Origin: Candidatus Magasanikbacteria bacterium CG11_big_fil_rev_8_21_14_0_20_39_34
Lineage (GTDB): Bacteria; Patescibacteriota; Patescibacteriia; Magasanikbacterales; UBA922
Length of the DNA stretch: 64,000 bases
Direction of reading: 5' to 3'
Assembly: GCA_002787355.1 (NCBI GenBank)
Contig: PCWN01000007.1
Coordinates: 86,517-150,516 of the forward strand
The position numbers and the translations under genes are program-made. The notes beneath the pieces were generated by a model. It saw only the letters and a list, made by a program, of their open reading frames with translations. It had not been told where the DNA came from and did not search any database. Of the stretch, positions 25,575 through 35,884 are shown piece by piece. Every line of letters begins with the position of its first letter. The stretch's first letter is position 1.

Positions 25575-28433
25575 ATGGCTTCTACAAAACATTTTTACGA
25601 AAAAATATTTGGGGATCCGAGTAAAAGAAAGTTGAGAGCACTTGAAAAAGATGTTGAGAGAATCAATGCTTTGGAACCTCAGTTTGAAACGCTTTCTGAC
25701 TCTGAGCTGAAAGCAAAGACCACAAAATTTCAAGAAAGACTAAAGGATGGTGAAACCACTGAAGATATTCTTCATGAGGCTTTTGCTGTAGTACGTGAAG
25801 CTGCAAAGAGGACGCTGAAAATGCGTCATTTTGATGTTCAGTTGATTGGTGGAATAACCATGCATCGTGGTCAGATTGCTGAGATGAGAACAGGAGAGGG
25901 AAAAACATTGACCGCCACCCTTCCCGTGTACCTCAATGCACTTGAAGGAAAAGGAGTACACTTAATTACCGTGAATGACTATTTGGCAAGACGTGATGCC
26001 GTTTGGATGGGACAAATTTATGATTTTCTCGGATTATCCATTGGTGTTATTCAAAACCAAAGAGAGACATATGTATATGATGCCAGTATAAAAGGAGAAT
26101 CTCTTGCAGAAGGATCTGAAGGAGATAAAGAAAGGGATGAAGATGGTGCTTTCAAAGTACAATATGATTATCTGCGTACTGCTTCTCGACAGGAAGCGTA
26201 TCGGTGTGATATTACCTACGGAACAAACAATGAATTTGGTTTTGATTATCTTCGTGACAACATGGTCCAGGTGATAGATCAAATGGTTATGCGCCCGGGA
26301 CATGAAATGCATTATGCAATTATTGATGAAGTAGATTCTATTTTGATTGATGAGGCAAGAACTCCATTGATTATTTCAGCACCTGCTGAACAGGCTACTG
26401 AGCAATACTACCATTTTGCAAAGTTAGTACGTCAACTCGATGCTGCAGAAGACTACAATGTAGATGAGAAACTTCGAAGTGCTACACTTACTGAGGAAGG
26501 AATAAATAAATTTGAAAAATGGTTAGGAGTAGAAAATATTTATGTTTCTGCGGGTATACGTACCGTTCATCACATTGAGCAGGCACTCAAGGCAGAACTT
26601 TTATTTAAGCGTGACAAAGAGTATGTGGTTGAATCTGGTGAAGTTATTATTATTGATGAATTTACCGGAAGAAAGATGCCGGGAAGAAGATATTCAGAAG
26701 GTTTACACCAAGCTATAGAAGCCAAAGAAGGAGTAGAAATTCAACGTGAAAGCAGGACACTTGCTACCATTACTTTCCAAAATCTTTTCCGCATGTATGG
26801 AAAGTTATCTGGTATGACAGGAACTGCGGATACGGAAGAAGAAGAATTAAGAAGTATTTATGGTTTGGAAGTACTCGTTATTCCAACCAATAGACCGGAT
26901 GCACGAAAGGATTTGGATGATAGAATTTACAAAACAGAGGAAGCAAAATTTCAAGCCGTAGTGAAAAAAGTTCAAGAATGTAGGGAAAAGGGACAACCAA
27001 TTTTGATTGGTACCATTTCTGTAGAACGCAACGAACTTTTGAGTCAGTACTTGAGCATGAGTGGTATAGAACACCAGGCTTTGAATGCAAAAAATCATGA
27101 ACGTGAAGGAGAAATTGTTGCAGAAGCAGGAAGACCGGGTGCTGTGACCTTGGCAACCAATATGGCGGGTCGTGGTGTAGATATTAAATTAGGAGGACCT
27201 CATCAGGAAGAATATGAAAAGGTGGTACAGGCCGGTGGACTCTTTGTTTTGGGAACGGAAAGACATGAGTCACGTAGAATTGATAATCAGCTTCGTGGAC
27301 GTTCTGCTCGTCAGGGAGATCCGGGTGAAACACAATTTTTTGTTTCAACGGAAGATGATCTCATGCGTGTATTTGGTGGAGACAGACTCAAAACCGTGAT
27401 GACTCGGTTGAATGTTCCAGATGATATGCCAATTGAGCAAAAGGTGATTACCAAAATGCTTGAAACAGCACAGAAAAAGGTAGAAGGACACAATTATGAT
27501 ATCAGAAAACATCTTCTCTCGTATGATGATATTTTAAATCGTCAACGTACTGCAATTTATAGAAAAAGACGAAGAACTCTTGAGCTTTTTGATCAGTCCA
27601 TAAAGGCAGAATTTCAACCTGAAATTGTTGAAGAATCGATTGAGTTAGATGAAGAAAAAGAAGAAAATACCGAAAAAGCAATCCGTTATACTTCAACTAA
27701 GCAAATGATCATGGAAATGGTTGAATCAGAAATTGAATTTGTAGTCTCGTATCATACCCATGGAGGAGAAAGAGATGGTGAAGGAAAGGAAAATTTTTCC
27801 GGTGAAACAACTGAGGAATGGAATATTCAAGAAATTTTTGAAACTATGCGTACTATTTTTCCATTTTCTCCGGAAGAAAAAGCGCATCTCTTTGAACTTG
27901 GTTTGCGAGAACATGAGGGAAGAAAGTTGGATGATATTGAGGCACGAGACAGGATTGTAAACTTTCTGGTGGAAAAAGCACACAAAGAGTATGAAAGCAT
28001 GTGGCAAAAAATTCAAGCAAGCATAAAGCAAGAAGATGAAGCGAAAAAAATAATGAGAAAGGTAGAGAAAGATATTCTCTTGCGTGCTATGGATACGCTT
28101 TGGGTGGATTACTTGGTAGACATTCAATATTTAAGACAAAGTATAGGTCTTCGTGGGTATGGACAACGCGATCCTCTTGTAGAATACAAGAAAGAGGCAT
28201 TTTATATGTTTAATGCACTACAGGACTCTATTCAAAAGGAGGTTGTGTACAGTTTCTTTAAATTGAGTATTGGTATTGAGTTGGCACCAAGTATCATGGC
28301 AGACGATAAGTTAGTTCTTGAAGGGGCACAAAAGACCAGTGATTCGGCAAAAAATGTACTCAAGTCCGGACCCGCTGAGGCAAAGAAGAAAAAAATGAGT
28401 AAGAAGGAGAGAAGGAAGCAAAAAACTTCCTAA
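25575..28433 (+). CDS. secA: Preprotein translocase ATPase SecA
   Basis: MRTGEGKT, DEVDSILIDEARTPLIIS, ATNMAGRG, RRIDNQLRGRS.RQGDPG, DPLVEYK. Confidence 0.98.
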   Translation: MASTKHFYEKIFGDPSKRKLRALEKDVERINALEPQFETLSDSELKAKTTKFQERLKDGETTEDILHEAFAVVREAAKRTLKMRHFDVQLIGGITMHRGQIAEMRTGEGKTLTATLPVYLNALEGKGVHLITVNDYLARRDAVWMGQIYDFLGLSIGVIQNQRETYVYDASIKGESLAEGSEGDKERDEDGAFKVQYDYLRTASRQEAYRCDITYGTNNEFGFDYLRDNMVQVIDQMVMRPGHEMHYAIIDEVDSILIDEARTPLIISAPAEQATEQYYHFAKLVRQLDAAEDYNVDEKLRSATLTEEGINKFEKWLGVENIYVSAGIRTVHHIEQALKAELLFKRDKEYVVESGEVIIIDEFTGRKMPGRRYSEGLHQAIEAKEGVEIQRESRTLATITFQNLFRMYGKLSGMTGTADTEEEELRSIYGLEVLVIPTNRPDARKDLDDRIYKTEEAKFQAVVKKVQECREKGQPILIGTISVERNELLSQYLSMSGIEHQALNAKNHEREGEIVAEAGRPGAVTLATNMAGRGVDIKLGGPHQEEYEKVVQAGGLFVLGTERHESRRIDNQLRGRSARQGDPGETQFFVSTEDDLMRVFGGDRLKTVMTRLNVPDDMPIEQKVITKMLETAQKKVEGHNYDIRKHLLSYDDILNRQRTAIYRKRRRTLELFDQSIKAEFQPEIVEESIELDEEKEENTEKAIRYTSTKQMIMEMVESEIEFVVSYHTHGGERDGEGKENFSGETTEEWNIQEIFETMRTIFPFSPEEKAHLFELGLREHEGRKLDDIEARDRIVNFLVEKAHKEYESMWQKIQASIKQEDEAKKIMRKVEKDILLRAMDTLWVDYLVDIQYLRQSIGLRGYGQRDPLVEYKKEAFYMFNALQDSIQKEVVYSFFKLSIGIELAPSIMADDKLVLEGAQKTSDSAKNVLKSGPAEAKKKKMSKKERRKQKTS

Positions 28434-28454
28434 AACTATCCACCGAAGGGACTA

Positions 28455-28483
28455 TTGACCCACAAGAGAAGATGGGGTAGAAT
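28455..28483 (+). promoter_or_regulatory. secDF promoter
   Basis: TTGACC-17-TAGAAT. Confidence 0.6.
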
Positions 28484-28535
28484 GGGGGCACAGTTTTTTG
28501 TAGGAAAGAATATATATTTGTATGGAAAAATTTGT

Positions 28536-30593
28536 ATGGCAAAAGATTTAAGAAAACGTTCACAATCAAAGATTCGATCTAAAATTCGTTGGGGGACAGC
28601 AGTATTGTTACTGCTTCTTGTTATTTGTGGAGCATATGATGCACCTGCATATTATAATTCCCTGGCAGGAAAAATTTCTAAGTCTACAGGAATTGGGATT
28701 CCACAGTTGAGTGAGAACCCATTTCGCTTAGGACTTGATCTCCAAGGAGGAGCACACCTTATCTATCAGGCAGATACTTCAGATATAGCAGAATCTGAGC
28801 AACCAGCAGCCGTAGAAGGTGTTCGAGATGTCATTGAGCGCCGTGTAACTGGTATTGGTGTTGGTGAACCAAATGTTCAGACCAACCGTGTAGGAAGCGA
28901 TTATCGTATTATTGTGGAACTTCCGGGAGTAACGGATATCAAAGAGGCTATTGGTATGATTGGTGAGACCCCAATTTTGGAATTCAAAGAACCAAATAAC
29001 GTTCCACCAAGAGAGTTGACAGCAGAGGAACAAAAGCAGATAGATGAATATAATGGAGATGCCAAACAAAGAGCTGAAACATTATTAAAAAAAATTCAGG
29101 ATGGTGAAAATTTTGAAGATGTGGCAAGAGCTTCATCTGAAGATCGTACAACAAAAGAAAAAGGTGGTTATCTGGGATTTGTTGGAAAAAATTCTCTATA
29201 CTTTCAATACTACATCTGGGGAGCGTCATCTGCGGAAGGGGATATCAGTCAAACTGTTTATGATGGGGAAGACGGATACAATATCCTAAAGCGTGGTTCT
29301 GAGCGTGAAGGTGAAAACGAGGTAGAGGCAAGTCATATCCTTATTTGTTATCTTGGTTCTGCAGGGTGTGAATCTCCACAGTATACAAAGGATGAGGCAC
29401 TTCTAAAGGCAGAAGAGCTTTATAAACAAGCAAATGCTGATAACTTTGCTGAACTTGCGAAAGAAAACTCGGAAGATACTGGATCTGCAAGTATTGGCGG
29501 AAAACTTCCTCCTGTTACCAAAGGGATGATGGTTCCAGCATTTGAAGAAGCTCTTATGCAGGCAAAAGTTGGAGAAATTATTGGTCCGGTAGAAACTCAA
29601 TTTGGATACCACATTATTTACAAAGAATCAGAGGCTCCATCAAAAGAATATGAACTTTGGAGAATTTTGGTAAAAAAAGAAACAGAATTCGATATTTTGG
29701 GTCCACAAGATCAATGGATGAAGACGGATCTTTCTGGAAAACAACTTGATAGATCTGAAGTAGTAACAGATCCAAAGACAGGAGCAGCAGAGGTTGCATT
29801 AAACTTTGATAAAGAAGGTACAGAACTTTTCCGTGATATAACAGAACGAAATGTAGGAAAACCTGTTGCAATTTATCTTGACGGACAGCCAATCAGTACT
29901 CCAACAGTGAATCAGCCAATCCGAGATGGAAAAGCCGTCATTAGTGGAAATTTTAACATTCAAGAAGCAAAACTTCTTTCACAAAGATTGAATGCTGGTG
30001 CATTGCCAGTCCCAATTGATTTAATTTCACAACAGGCAATTGGTGCAACACTTGGAGCACAATCTTTGGCAAAGAGTTTGAAGGCTGGTGTCATAGCTGT
30101 GATTATTGTGATGTTGTTTATGATTTTGTACTACAGACTTCCAGGAGTGTTATCAGTGGTTGCTCTACTCCTTTACATCGCACTAACTTTATCTCTCTTT
30201 AAGATTATTGGCGTGACTCTTACATTGGCAGGTATTGCAGGTTTGGTACTGTCTATTGGTATGGCAGTTGACGCCAATGTGTTGATCTTTGAAAGAATTA
30301 AAGAAGAACTCAATGAAGGAAAGACACTCAAAACGTCTATTGAAGAAGGATTTATTCGTGCATGGAGCTCAATTCGCGATGGAAATGTTTCAACCTTGCT
30401 TACTTGTTTCATCCTTATGGGATTTGGAACCAGTTTCGTAAAAGGTTTTGCTATTACTCTTTCACTGGGAGTATTAGTAAGTATGTTTTCTGCCATTACG
30501 GTGACAAAAACCTTCTTGCGATTTATAAACCCTTGGTTTAAAGAAGAAGCAAATTGGTTGTTCTTAGGTAGCAAAAAAAATAAAAACGTATGA
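28536..30593 (+). CDS. secD: Protein translocase SecD with inserted PpiC/parvulin domains
   Basis: LGLDLQGG, IGMAVDANVLIFERI; parvulin motifs F..VAR..SED...GG.LG, ASHIL, VETQFGYHII. Confidence 0.95.
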   Translation: MAKDLRKRSQSKIRSKIRWGTAVLLLLLVICGAYDAPAYYNSLAGKISKSTGIGIPQLSENPFRLGLDLQGGAHLIYQADTSDIAESEQPAAVEGVRDVIERRVTGIGVGEPNVQTNRVGSDYRIIVELPGVTDIKEAIGMIGETPILEFKEPNNVPPRELTAEEQKQIDEYNGDAKQRAETLLKKIQDGENFEDVARASSEDRTTKEKGGYLGFVGKNSLYFQYYIWGASSAEGDISQTVYDGEDGYNILKRGSEREGENEVEASHILICYLGSAGCESPQYTKDEALLKAEELYKQANADNFAELAKENSEDTGSASIGGKLPPVTKGMMVPAFEEALMQAKVGEIIGPVETQFGYHIIYKESEAPSKEYELWRILVKKETEFDILGPQDQWMKTDLSGKQLDRSEVVTDPKTGAAEVALNFDKEGTELFRDITERNVGKPVAIYLDGQPISTPTVNQPIRDGKAVISGNFNIQEAKLLSQRLNAGALPVPIDLISQQAIGATLGAQSLAKSLKAGVIAVIIVMLFMILYYRLPGVLSVVALLLYIALTLSLFKIIGVTLTLAGIAGLVLSIGMAVDANVLIFERIKEELNEGKTLKTSIEEGFIRAWSSIRDGNVSTLLTCFILMGFGTSFVKGFAITLSLGVLVSMFSAITVTKTFLRFINPWFKEEANWLFLGSKKNKNV

Positions 30594-31633
30594 TAGATGT
30601 AATCAACAATAGAAAAATTCCTTTTTGGATTTCAGGTGCTTTTTTTGTAGTAAGTGTTGCACTTCTCTTGTTTGTAGGACTTAAACCAGGAATGGATTTT
30701 ACCGGGGGTTCACTAATTGAGGTAACCTTCGCGGAACACAGACCAACTATTACAGAAGTTCAAGATGCTTTGCAAAGTATAGATCTGGGGAACGTTGTTG
30801 TTCAGCCAACCAATGAAATGGGAATGATCCTCAAAACACGTTTCGTAAGTGAAGAAGAACACCAACAGATTCTTGAGAATCTTCAGAAGGCTTTCGAAGT
30901 AGTGGGCAATGATGTCCCAACAGAGGAACAATTGACGCAAGAAGGATATTCTGGTGTTGTTTTAACCAATAAAGAAGGTGAGGAACAAACTTTGGTAAAG
31001 GATAAAGATGGAAACTTTATTTCACCTGAGGACTTGGTAACCAAGAATAAAATCACCGAAGAGCGAGTTGAGACTATTGGTCCAGCTATTAGTTCTCATC
31101 TTCGAACACGTGCGGTAAAGGCAGTCATTATTGTCATGGTAGTTATCATTTTGTATGTGGCATACGCATTTCGAAGAGTATCAAAGCCAGTATCTTCTTG
31201 GAAGTATGGTATGACAGCAATCATTGCTCTTATACATGATGTGGTTATAACCATGGGAGTATTTGTTATCTTGGGAAAATACTTTGATGTTGAAGTAGAT
31301 ATTCCTTTCATTGTGGCACTCCTTACCATATTGGGGTATTCTGTAAATGATACTATCGTGGTGTTTGATAGAATCCGTGAAAATTTGATTCGATTTGGTT
31401 CAAATAAATTCATTGAAAATATCAACAAAGGTATTAATCAAACCTTTGTACGTTCTATCAACACGTCATTGACGACATTGGTAGTATTGGTAGCCCTTTT
31501 CCTTTTTGGAGGAGATTCTATTCATTACTTCTCTTTAGCACTGATTATAGGTATTTTACTTGGTACATACTCTTCCATCTTTTTGGCAAGTCCATTGCTA
31601 GTAGTTTGGCAGAATTGGTCACAGAAGAGATAA
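30590..31633 (+). CDS. secF: Protein translocase SecF
   Basis: GMDFTGG, GYSVNDTIVVFDRIRE, RSINTS, GTYSSIF. Confidence 0.97.
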   Translation: MIDVINNRKIPFWISGAFFVVSVALLLFVGLKPGMDFTGGSLIEVTFAEHRPTITEVQDALQSIDLGNVVVQPTNEMGMILKTRFVSEEEHQQILENLQKAFEVVGNDVPTEEQLTQEGYSGVVLTNKEGEEQTLVKDKDGNFISPEDLVTKNKITEERVETIGPAISSHLRTRAVKAVIIVMVVIILYVAYAFRRVSKPVSSWKYGMTAIIALIHDVVITMGVFVILGKYFDVEVDIPFIVALLTILGYSVNDTIVVFDRIRENLIRFGSNKFIENINKGINQTFVRSINTSLTTLVVLVALFLFGGDSIHYFSLALIIGILLGTYSSIFLASPLLVVWQNWSQKR

Positions 31634-31649
31634 AAAAAACAAACAGCAA

Positions 31650-31676
31650 AAAAAAACCGGAACTTCCGGTTTTTTT
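31650..31676 (+). terminator. Intrinsic terminator after secF
   Basis: A7-CCGGAA-C-TTCCGG-T7. Confidence 0.8.
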
Positions 31677-31745
31677 GTTGTTATGGTATACTAGAGACAG
31701 AGTGTCTTTTTTCGTTTGGCGTTCATTTTTAAGAAAATATCCTAT

Positions 31746-31913
31746 ATGACCGAGGGCTTTATTCGTCACTTTATTTCATTTTTAGGAATGCTTATTTTGG
31801 CTGTGGTATTTTTTGCTGGGTACAAATCCGGGATGTTGGGATGGTGGTGGGCTGCTTTTTTTCTTATTATTACATATTTTATAATATACAAGCTCCTTGG
31901 TGTAGAGGAATAA
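31746..31913 (+). CDS. Small two-TM membrane protein
   Basis: Short hydrophobic ORF ending 3 nt before the next gene. Confidence 0.6.
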   Translation: MTEGFIRHFISFLGMLILAVVFFAGYKSGMLGWWWAAFFLIITYFIIYKLLGVEE

Positions 31914-31916
31914 TCT

Positions 31917-33371
31917 ATGGATCAGATTTTACTTTTTGTAACTCAAAGCCCGATTGAAGCTATTTTGCAGATTTTTGTATTGGGAGGGTGGCTTGTGTTT
32001 TTTTGGGCCATGCTGCATGCAGGATTATTATTGCTGGGTGCGTACAAGTCTATACTTTATACCAAAGGTTGGAATTGGACGCTTCTTGCTATTGATATAC
32101 CGGCAATAAATATTCAGACTCCAAAGGCCGTCGAGCAGCTTTTTTCGCATATCTATTCTGTCATGGAACCGCCCAGTATTGCCACTGTTTTTGGAAGAGG
32201 GTTTACACAGTTTAGCTATAGCTTTGAAATTGTGAGTATTGAAGGATATATTCAGTTTATTATACGTACTCTTGATATTTATCGTGATGTTGTGGAGGCG
32301 GCCGTTTATGCGCAATATCCGGAGGCGGAAATTACAGAAATTGAAGACTACACACAAGAAATGCCAACTCAATATCCCAATGATACGTATAATATGTGGG
32401 CAACAGAATTTGGTCTCACACAGGATTATGCCTTTCCCATTCGTTCATACCATGATTTTGAACATAGCATATCCAAAGATACGGTCTTAAAAGATCCTAT
32501 GGGAACGTTTTTGGAAAGCTTTAGTCGTATTGGACCGGGAGAACAGATGTGGTATCAGATGATTATTGAGCCAACTCCTGAGAGTGCATGGAAACCAAAA
32601 TGTATAAAAAAGATTAAGGAAGTTATTGGAGAAAAATCAAAATCAAGTGGAGGTTTCCTATCCGGTGCGCTTGGCGATGTATTGGGAGGACCCTTAAAGT
32701 TTTTGGAAACTGCAGGGGATCAAATTCTTGGAAGAGTAGACGGAGGGTCTGCTGGATCTTCTGGGGGAGACGATGGCCCTCCAAACCAAATTCTTTTTTT
32801 GACCCCAGGAAAGAAAAAAATATTGGAGGCTATGGAAGATAAAATTAGTAAAATTGGTTTTAAAACAAAGCTTCGGGCAGTTTATGTTGCTCGCAAGGAA
32901 GTGTACAACCCAGCTCGAGGTGTAAATTCTTTGGTGGGAGCCGTAAATCAGTTTAACAACCCTTACTCAAACATGTTACTTCCAAAGTATCTCACGAGTA
33001 CTCGATATTTTTTTGCAGAAAAGAGAAAAAATTACAGAAGAAGAATACTCATGAGTGCATATAAGAGTAGGGACATGTATATGGGTGGAAAACAACCTTA
33101 TGTTTTGAATCTTGAAGAATTGGCAACTATTTGGCATTTTCCAATGTCACATGTAAAAACTCCTTTGATACAGAAGTCGGAAACAAAACGTTCTGAACCC
33201 CCCTCTGGACTCCCTCTAGAGCAGATTGGTTTGGGAGGAAATATGTTTGATGGGGAAGGAGAAAAAAGCATATCTTCCCAAAAGAATGGTGATACCAACC
33301 CCACAGAACAGAAGAAGCCATATATTACTGATTCCGGCTATGTTTTTGATGATGATGTAAGATTTGGCTAA
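31917..33371 (+). CDS. CPR-type membrane protein resembling the N-terminal domain of TraD/TrwB-like coupling proteins, no ATPase
   Basis: TPKAVEQLF, FEIVS.EG.I.F, YAQYPEAEI.E..DY, PI..Y..FE, LN.EELATIWHFP; no Walker A motif. Confidence 0.6.
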   Translation: MDQILLFVTQSPIEAILQIFVLGGWLVFFWAMLHAGLLLLGAYKSILYTKGWNWTLLAIDIPAINIQTPKAVEQLFSHIYSVMEPPSIATVFGRGFTQFSYSFEIVSIEGYIQFIIRTLDIYRDVVEAAVYAQYPEAEITEIEDYTQEMPTQYPNDTYNMWATEFGLTQDYAFPIRSYHDFEHSISKDTVLKDPMGTFLESFSRIGPGEQMWYQMIIEPTPESAWKPKCIKKIKEVIGEKSKSSGGFLSGALGDVLGGPLKFLETAGDQILGRVDGGSAGSSGGDDGPPNQILFLTPGKKKILEAMEDKISKIGFKTKLRAVYVARKEVYNPARGVNSLVGAVNQFNNPYSNMLLPKYLTSTRYFFAEKRKNYRRRILMSAYKSRDMYMGGKQPYVLNLEELATIWHFPMSHVKTPLIQKSETKRSEPPSGLPLEQIGLGGNMFDGEGEKSISSQKNGDTNPTEQKKPYITDSGYVFDDDVRFG

Positions 33372-33420
33372 TTATAGAGTATTTTTATAAAAATAGTCTC
33401 GATAGGTGAGACTTTTTTTA

Positions 33421-33449
33421 TTGACAATAGATGGAAAGAGTGGTATTCT
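33421..33449 (+). promoter_or_regulatory. dus promoter
   Basis: TTGACA-17-TATTCT with extended TG. Confidence 0.65.
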
Positions 33450-33474
33450 GGCTTTTCTTGGATCAAAAACTCCT

Positions 33475-34458
33475 ATGTGGATTGAAAATATCTTATCAAA
33501 AAACAAAAAAATTTTGGCACTTTCCCCTATGGCTGATATGACAGATTCTTCATTCTGTCAAATTGTTCGGAAGATAGGTGGAGCAGATATTGTATTTCGG
33601 GAAATGGTTTCAAGTGAGGCTATTATTCGAAATAGTGAAAAAACATTGGGGATGACAGATTTTGTGGAGGAAGAAAGACCTATTGTACAGCAAATTTTTG
33701 GTGCGGACCCTTCTGTAATGGCACAAGCCGCTGCAGTTGTTATGCAACATGCAAATCCTGAAGGAATCGATATCAATATGGGCTGTCCTGTCTATAAATT
33801 GACCAGTAATTTCAATGGTGCGGCACTCATGAAAGATGCAGACCTAGCTTGTAGAATTATACGGGAAATAAAAAAGGAAATTGGAGAAACTCCACTTTCT
33901 GTAAAAATTCGTTTGGGATGGGACGATCCAGATACTTTCAAAACCTTCATCCCAAAAATTGAAGAAGCGGGGGCAGAACTTATCACCATCCATGGAAGAA
34001 CAAAAAAACAAGGTTACAGTGGAAAAAGTGATTGGGAGAGGATACGGCAGGCAAAAGAAATTGCGAGTGTTCCACTTTTGGCAAATGGAGATATTCACAA
34101 ACCCAAACAGGTTTCTGAAGTATTAGAACAGACACAGGCAGATGGTGTACTTATTGCACGGGGTGCACTGGGTAATCCTTGGTTTTTTTATCAATACATA
34201 AATGACATCGAAAATATCCCATTGGAAGAACGTGTAGAAACTATTTTAGATCATCTTCGTAGGCATATTGTGCAGTATGGGGAACGGGGAGTGGTAACAT
34301 TCCGTAAACACCTGTCTTGGTATTTAAAAACAGATAAACTTGGAAAGGAAATTCCAGGAATAAAGGAATTTCGCTCACAGCTTGTGCGGATAAATACGTA
34401 TGAAGAAACAGAAAAAATCTTGAAAGATTTTATTCAATATGCAAAAAGTTTTTCCTAA
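33475..34458 (+). CDS. dusB: tRNA-dihydrouridine synthase
   Basis: LSPMA, DINMGCP, GAALM, SVKIRLG, HGRT, ANGDI, RGALGNPW. Confidence 0.9.
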   Translation: MWIENILSKNKKILALSPMADMTDSSFCQIVRKIGGADIVFREMVSSEAIIRNSEKTLGMTDFVEEERPIVQQIFGADPSVMAQAAAVVMQHANPEGIDINMGCPVYKLTSNFNGAALMKDADLACRIIREIKKEIGETPLSVKIRLGWDDPDTFKTFIPKIEEAGAELITIHGRTKKQGYSGKSDWERIRQAKEIASVPLLANGDIHKPKQVSEVLEQTQADGVLIARGALGNPWFFYQYINDIENIPLEERVETILDHLRRHIVQYGERGVVTFRKHLSWYLKTDKLGKEIPGIKEFRSQLVRINTYEETEKILKDFIQYAKSFS

Positions 34459-34460
34459 AG

Positions 34461-35147
34461 TTATGCACGATTGTATATCTTTGCTAACTTTTCTGGAGAA
34501 GTGTGAAAAAAGAAAAGAATTTTTATATAAAAGTATCGGAAGATACTTTTTATAATTCCATAGGATTCAATACGTCTTGGAGAGGTGGTACTTAGGGAAG
34601 AAATTTGGACTACAGGACCAAAGGCTTTCATTTTTTTGGAGAGGACAACATCTTCCATGAGTGGAATATCTGGAAAGCCTCCAATTTTATCAAAAACTTC
34701 TTTTTTGATAAATTGTGTTTGGTCGCCATGATAGATATGAAAAAGTTTTGCTCTACAGTTTGAATAAAAACTTATGAAGGAATAGATAATTTTTGATGTC
34801 TGAAAGTGTAATGTGAATGCCCCTCCAATATAGCCCTCGAGTATTTTTTTTGATATGGCGTTGAGTGCATTTTTTTCAAGTGTAGTATCTGCATGGAGAA
34901 AGAGAAGAATCTTTCCATTTGCATTTTTTGCCCCTATATTCATTTGGTTTGCTCGTCCGGGATATGTGGCATCAAATATTTTGGGGATAATATTTCCAGA
35001 ATAGGTATATATTTTTTCTTTTGTATATGAATCTACATTACTGTCTACAATAATAACTTCAAATTCCCCCTCGAGTTTTTCTAAATTTTGAAGCGTATAA
35101 TAGATACTCTCTTCTTCATTGTGTGTAGGGATAATAATAGAAAACAT
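34461..35147 (-). CDS. GT2 glycosyltransferase, TIGR04283-like
   Basis: SIIIPT.NEE, GRA.QMN.GA, LFLHADT, GDQ, IPLMEDV, TS.RR. Confidence 0.85.
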   Translation of the reverse strand: MFSIIIPTHNEEESIYYTLQNLEKLEGEFEVIIVDSNVDSYTKEKIYTYSGNIIPKIFDATYPGRANQMNIGAKNANGKILLFLHADTTLEKNALNAISKKILEGYIGGAFTLHFQTSKIIYSFISFYSNCRAKLFHIYHGDQTQFIKKEVFDKIGGFPDIPLMEDVVLSKKMKAFGPVVQISSLSTTSPRRIESYGIIKSIFRYFYIKILFFFHTSPEKLAKIYNRA

Positions 35148-35149
35148 AA

Positions 35150-35884
35150 TTAAAAAAGTTTATATATTTTTCCATTATTAAGAAGATGCATATAGGTAAG
35201 TGGAAGATAAGAATATTTCTTTTCCAACTCATTCTTATATGTGATCGTCTTCCAAAGGTTTTGAACATCTTCAAGTAAATCTATATCATATATTTTCTTC
35301 AAAGAATATATTTTGAGTCCTAGGGAGTTGATAATTTCAAGGGTCTGTTCGAATAAGTGATAACCTTCGGTATGTGAGTTCCAGTTAGTGATGGATGAAT
35401 AAATATCATGAGGCTCTTTCATACCTACGAGGCAATAGCCACCATCTTCTACTGGATTGAAGACCATATCATAGTGATCCAACTTCTTAAAGGCCTTACA
35501 AATCCTTTTGGGATGAAGGAGCGGAATATCTGAACCCACAATGATGACTTTTTTATAGTCGTTGAGCATTTGTTCTTGGATAAACTGCATATTGATAGGA
35601 AGAGTGTCTTCAATCTGGGGTATAAATTTTTCAACTTTACAGTTTTTGGGTGGTACAAAATTTCCACGGTGTCCCTTATGGAAAAATATGAGATCATAAT
35701 TTCGTTGGGGGAATGTACCATAGAGGGTTAACATATCTAAAATAAGCGAACGTGCCAGTTCGTTTGCTATGGTCTGGTTTTCTATAATTTTTCCAATGCG
35801 TGTTTTTCCCTCCAAATGTATATCTGGAATTCGAGAATAAAAAACAAGAGCATTGTTTAGTGTGTTTTGCATAGTGTTATGCAT
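35150..35884 (-). CDS. DUF2064/TIGR04282-like nucleotide-diphospho-sugar transferase (start uncertain)
   Basis: KTR, IIVGSDIP, P.EDGGYCLVG, DID..ED. Confidence 0.8.
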   Translation of the reverse strand: MHNTMQNTLNNALVFYSRIPDIHLEGKTRIGKIIENQTIANELARSLILDMLTLYGTFPQRNYDLIFFHKGHRGNFVPPKNCKVEKFIPQIEDTLPINMQFIQEQMLNDYKKVIIVGSDIPLLHPKRICKAFKKLDHYDMVFNPVEDGGYCLVGMKEPHDIYSSITNWNSHTEGYHLFEQTLEIINSLGLKIYSLKKIYDIDLLEDVQNLWKTITYKNELEKKYSYLPLTYMHLLNNGKIYKLF

